From Spirochaetia bacterium (GTDB lineage: Bacteria; Spirochaetota; Spirochaetia; CADAEX01), in assembly GCA_963662265.2 (NCBI GenBank), contig CAXXHA010000038.1:1-32715 (forward strand): a DNA stretch of 32,715 nt. Direction: 5' to 3'. Below are positions 29,695-32,715 of this stretch, piece by piece. The notes under the pieces were generated by a model. It saw only the letters and a list, made by a program, of their open reading frames with translations. It ran no database searches and was not told the origin of the DNA. The translations under genes and the position numbers were made by a program. The first letter of the stretch is position 1, and every line of letters starts with the position of its first letter.

Positions 29695-30342
29695 TCAGAG
29701 TTTTACAATAATCTGGAATGCTATTCCCAGGGTCACTGCGGCGGCAGGGAAAAAGGGATTAAACCGGGATGGCAGCCTAAGCTCTCTTTCGGCAGTTGAG
29801 CCGGATTTAACCCTCACATATACATAGATAATAAGCATGTTTATGAGTCCGAGCATAAGGTATTCAAGAATTGAAAAAAGGCCGCTCTGTATCATACGAG
29901 AAGGTATATTCAGGTAATAGAGAACTGTCACTTCAGCCAGATATATGAGTCGCCAGGACATGCATGTCAGGACAACAGGAAACAGAGTTATTTTCTTATT
30001 TTTATCTACTGTCAGCTTGAAAAGCATTGCGACAGAAAATCCTTCCATGAGAATCGCAAACGCGGGATTTACAACTTTTACAACAGGAAGATAGGGAAGA
30101 GAAAGGTTGGTAAGCTTGATTGCAGCTGTGACAACAGTGAGAAGAGACAATACTTCAACACTTCTGGTTCTCTCATAAGCCCTGGTCATGAGTATGTAGG
30201 CTATCGGAAACATGATGCCGCCGCTTATCCCCATCGGAATCATATTGAGTATATATCCGAGAGTTGCTTCAAGAAATCCCCAGATACCTCCGTAAAGAAG
30301 GCCGAACCACAGGATTTCTTTTTTTGATAACTTGTCATTCAT
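29695..30342 (-). CDS. Uncharacterised membrane protein with about 6 TM helices (ECF S-component-like size and topology)
   Basis: Hydrophobic helices, GGIWGFLEATLG and AAIK...NP.FAILMEG. Start at ATG 30342 after GGAGA. Confidence 0.6.
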   Translation of the reverse strand: MNDKLSKKEILWFGLLYGGIWGFLEATLGYILNMIPMGISGGIMFPIAYILMTRAYERTRSVEVLSLLTVVTAAIKLTNLSLPYLPVVKVVNPAFAILMEGFSVAMLFKLTVDKNKKITLFPVVLTCMSWRLIYLAEVTVLYYLNIPSRMIQSGLFSILEYLMLGLINMLIIYVYVRVKSGSTAERELRLPSRFNPFFPAAAVTLGIAFQIIVKL

Positions 30343-30486
30343 CTTAATTCTCCTGTAACAATTGAACATTTTTAATAACCGATTAATAGGCTTTTTAATT
30401 ATTATACCCCGGTTATTCATCTATTCACAGCAAAAAACCTTTTCACCAGGGTTCTGAAGCTGCTTACATTTCCAGATAAATATTTT

Positions 30487-31854
30487 TTATTTTCTCGCCA
30501 GGTATCTCCCGAATCCTTTTTCAGCTACAGATCTGCTGTCGAAAACCCTTCCCCTGAAAACAACTTTGTCTATTTTCCCCCTGAGATGTATATTCTCATA
30601 CGGTGTGTAATCAACATTTTCAATCAGATCCCTGTGGTGAACAGTCCATTCTTCCTCAGGATCAAATATTACAAGGTCTGCATCGCTTCCCGGCCTTATT
30701 ACCCCTTTTTCAGGATATAACCCGAATATCCTGGAAGGGTTCTCGCAGCAGCTCCTGACAACATCATTTAGTGTAATATCAATATTACTGAGCGCACGGG
30801 AAATCATAAGAGACATCCTCAGCTGTACAGAGGGAAGACCTTTAGGACATTTAGTAAAATCATCCCTGCCCCGCTGTTTTTCAGCATTATAGTTGAAGGG
30901 GCAGTGGTCAGTGGCAACATTCTGAATATCCCTGTTTTTTACTGCGGTAAAAAGGATATCATTGTTTGCCCTGTCTCTTAATGGGGGGCTGAGTATATAT
31001 TTAAGAGCATCCTCCCCCTTATAAAGAGATTCATCAAGATAAAGATACTGGGGACATGTCTCTGCCAGAATTGAAGTAAGCCCATCCTCCCTGGATTTTA
31101 TAACCTCGTTAAGAGCCTCTTCTGATGATATATGCACAATATAGAGCCTGACGCCGGGGAACTTTTTTGCAATACCAGCAAGCCTTTTAACAGCAGATGC
31201 CTCGCACACGGCAGGCCGGCTTTCAGGGTAATACACTGGGGACATACAGCCCTTTTTCCGGAGATCTTCGGTAAAGCTGCTGATCATTTCATCATCTTCA
31301 GGATGCGCACATACTACAAGACCGAGCTCGGAAGCCCTTTCAAGCACTCTGTATATATCATTATCAGAAAGACTGTAGTTATATGTTGTATAGATTTTAT
31401 AACTTGTAAGCCCTCTTTCCTTCAAAGTTCCCATCTTTTCAAGCACATCATCATCAACATGCTGAATAACCCCGTGAAAGGAATAGTCAACAGCAGCAAT
31501 TCCGTCTGAAATTGTATGGTAGTAGTCAAGCTGATGATCAAGAGGGCATCCCGGGGGTCCGAATCCCATATGATCCACAATAGTTGTTGTCCCCCCCTTA
31601 AGAGCGGCAGCAGTCCCTGTGTAAAAATCATCCACTGCCACTGCATCACCTGTATCAAGATTCATGTGAGTGTGGATATCAACTCCGCCGGGAATTATAT
31701 ATCTGCCTGATGCATCTATCACCTCTTCATTTTCAGTAGTTATGCTTTTTTCAAGTAATACAATCTTCCCTTCCAGTATCCTTATATCGCTTTCAGTGAT
31801 TGAATCTGATGTTACAACCTTTCCGTTTTTAATTACCATTTTAAACCTCTGCAA
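30487..31854 (-). CDS. hydA: Dihydropyrimidinase / D-hydantoinase
   Basis: PGGVDIHTH, GGTTTIVD, SYKIY (carboxylated Lys), HPE, VHIS, ETCPQYL, SPPLR, ATDHCPF and DYTPYE. Confidence 0.9.
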   Translation of the reverse strand: MQRFKMVIKNGKVVTSDSITESDIRILEGKIVLLEKSITTENEEVIDASGRYIIPGGVDIHTHMNLDTGDAVAVDDFYTGTAAALKGGTTTIVDHMGFGPPGCPLDHQLDYYHTISDGIAAVDYSFHGVIQHVDDDVLEKMGTLKERGLTSYKIYTTYNYSLSDNDIYRVLERASELGLVVCAHPEDDEMISSFTEDLRKKGCMSPVYYPESRPAVCEASAVKRLAGIAKKFPGVRLYIVHISSEEALNEVIKSREDGLTSILAETCPQYLYLDESLYKGEDALKYILSPPLRDRANNDILFTAVKNRDIQNVATDHCPFNYNAEKQRGRDDFTKCPKGLPSVQLRMSLMISRALSNIDITLNDVVRSCCENPSRIFGLYPEKGVIRPGSDADLVIFDPEEEWTVHHRDLIENVDYTPYENIHLRGKIDKVVFRGRVFDSRSVAEKGFGRYLARK

Positions 31855-32072
31855 TAAAAGTGATTTTCATCATTTATAATTATAACCTGATATTCAGCAG
31901 CTTGAGATTTTTTAAGGGATTTAAATGCCGCAAAGTCCCGGGGAGAATAAACCTTAATCAGAACATGAATAAATCACTCCCTTCCTCGCCGGCCTCATCA
32001 CTCACGGGATATTGACAGCAAGCCGGCATCACCATTACACGGCTTCATACAATGGTGGAAATATTATTTCTA

Positions 32073-32330
32073 CTGCCGGTCAGGCCGATACATATGCGCA
32101 CTGCCGCAGGTGCAGCTTTCAATGCCTGACCGGCACACACCTTGCCCCTTACGGGATAATACCCTGTTTTTAACCGGTCTGACCTGTACACATGCACCAG
32201 TGCCGCAGGTACTGTTATCAATGTCAGACTGCATACACTTGCCTCCGTGTGGGGGAAACGTCATTTTTCCCGCCTGTCTGATCGACACAACTGCTCCAGT
32301 GCCGAAGTTACAGCTTTCCATGCCTGAGGC
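32073..32330. repeat. Degenerate tandem repeat with a 99-bp period
   Basis: Related cores TGCCGCAGGTGCAGCTTTCAATGCCTGAC, TGCCGCAGGTACTGTTATCAATGTCAGAC and TGCCGAAGTTACAGCTTTCCATGCCTGAG start at 32102, 32201 and 32300. Confidence 0.8.
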
Positions 32331-32381
32331 ATCCCGCTGCAGGGGGCAATGACACATGCACTAGGCACTGGCGAAACCATC

Positions 32382-32715
32382 CTACATCATGTCTTTCATC
32401 GGCTCTTCAACAGGGTGTTTTCTGAAACTTCTCGGAAGAATAATATTAAGAAGTATTGCAGTAAGTCCTCCTGTAGTTATGGCGGAACCGAATACCTGTT
32501 TAACAAAAGGGGGCATATTCTGAAGCACCATGGGATTCAGAAGCACACCGAGACCGAGGCCGAACGATATTGCCATAATCATCACACCTCTTCTGTCAAT
32601 AATTGAATTTGAAATAATCCTTATTCCGGATGCAGCAACTGTTCCGAACATAATAATTGTTGCCCCTCCAAGTACAGGATTGGGAATTACAGAGAAAAGT
32701 CCTCCGACTATAGGG
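32382..32715 (-). CDS. NCS2 xanthine/uracil permease, C-terminal part (5'-truncated by the window)
   Basis: IPNPVLGGATIIMFGTVAASGIRII, ISFGLGLG and GGLTAILLNIILP. Confidence 0.88.
   Translation of the reverse strand, partial: PIVGGLFSVIPNPVLGGATIIMFGTVAASGIRIISNSIIDRRGVMIMAISFGLGLGVLLNPMVLQNMPPFVKQVFGSAITTGGLTAILLNIILPRSFRKHPVEEPMKDMM

Noticed and set aside
32073-32330. CRISPR array
   Set aside because: Repeats are too divergent, the 99-bp period is too long, and no cas genes are present.

Overview
AT-rich bacterial chromosomal window, by inference from an anaerobic, Spirochaetales-like organism (chemoreceptor style, GSIII, stand-alone MshEN-like protein). In order it holds: a frameshifted sensor kinase; a HAD phosphatase; a NifA-like sigma54 activator next to a sigma54-driven type III glutamine synthetase; a hybrid kinase lacking its phospho-His; tRNA-Arg(CCT); an ArsR-rhodanese regulator followed by a four-gene Fe-S/flavin operon; a membrane protein; a PhnD-like binding protein and MCP flanked by a ~118-bp direct repeat; a 58-aa MshEN-like ORF missing from the ORF track; slyD; a second hybrid kinase; a ridA / tryptophanase-like lyase / NSS transporter / YheO-type regulator cluster; and purine/pyrimidine catabolic genes (guaD, NTPase-MocA fusion, dihydropyrimidinase, NCS2 permease). 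The best candidate for an undescribed system is the operon at 9924-13828. It encodes NuoE/NuoF(HydC/HydB)-like subunits and a NuoG/HydA Fe-S wire with no catalytic domain, plus two MetV-like Cys domains. Three sets of operator sites can be read directly from the DNA. All family calls come from motif recognition, not database searches.
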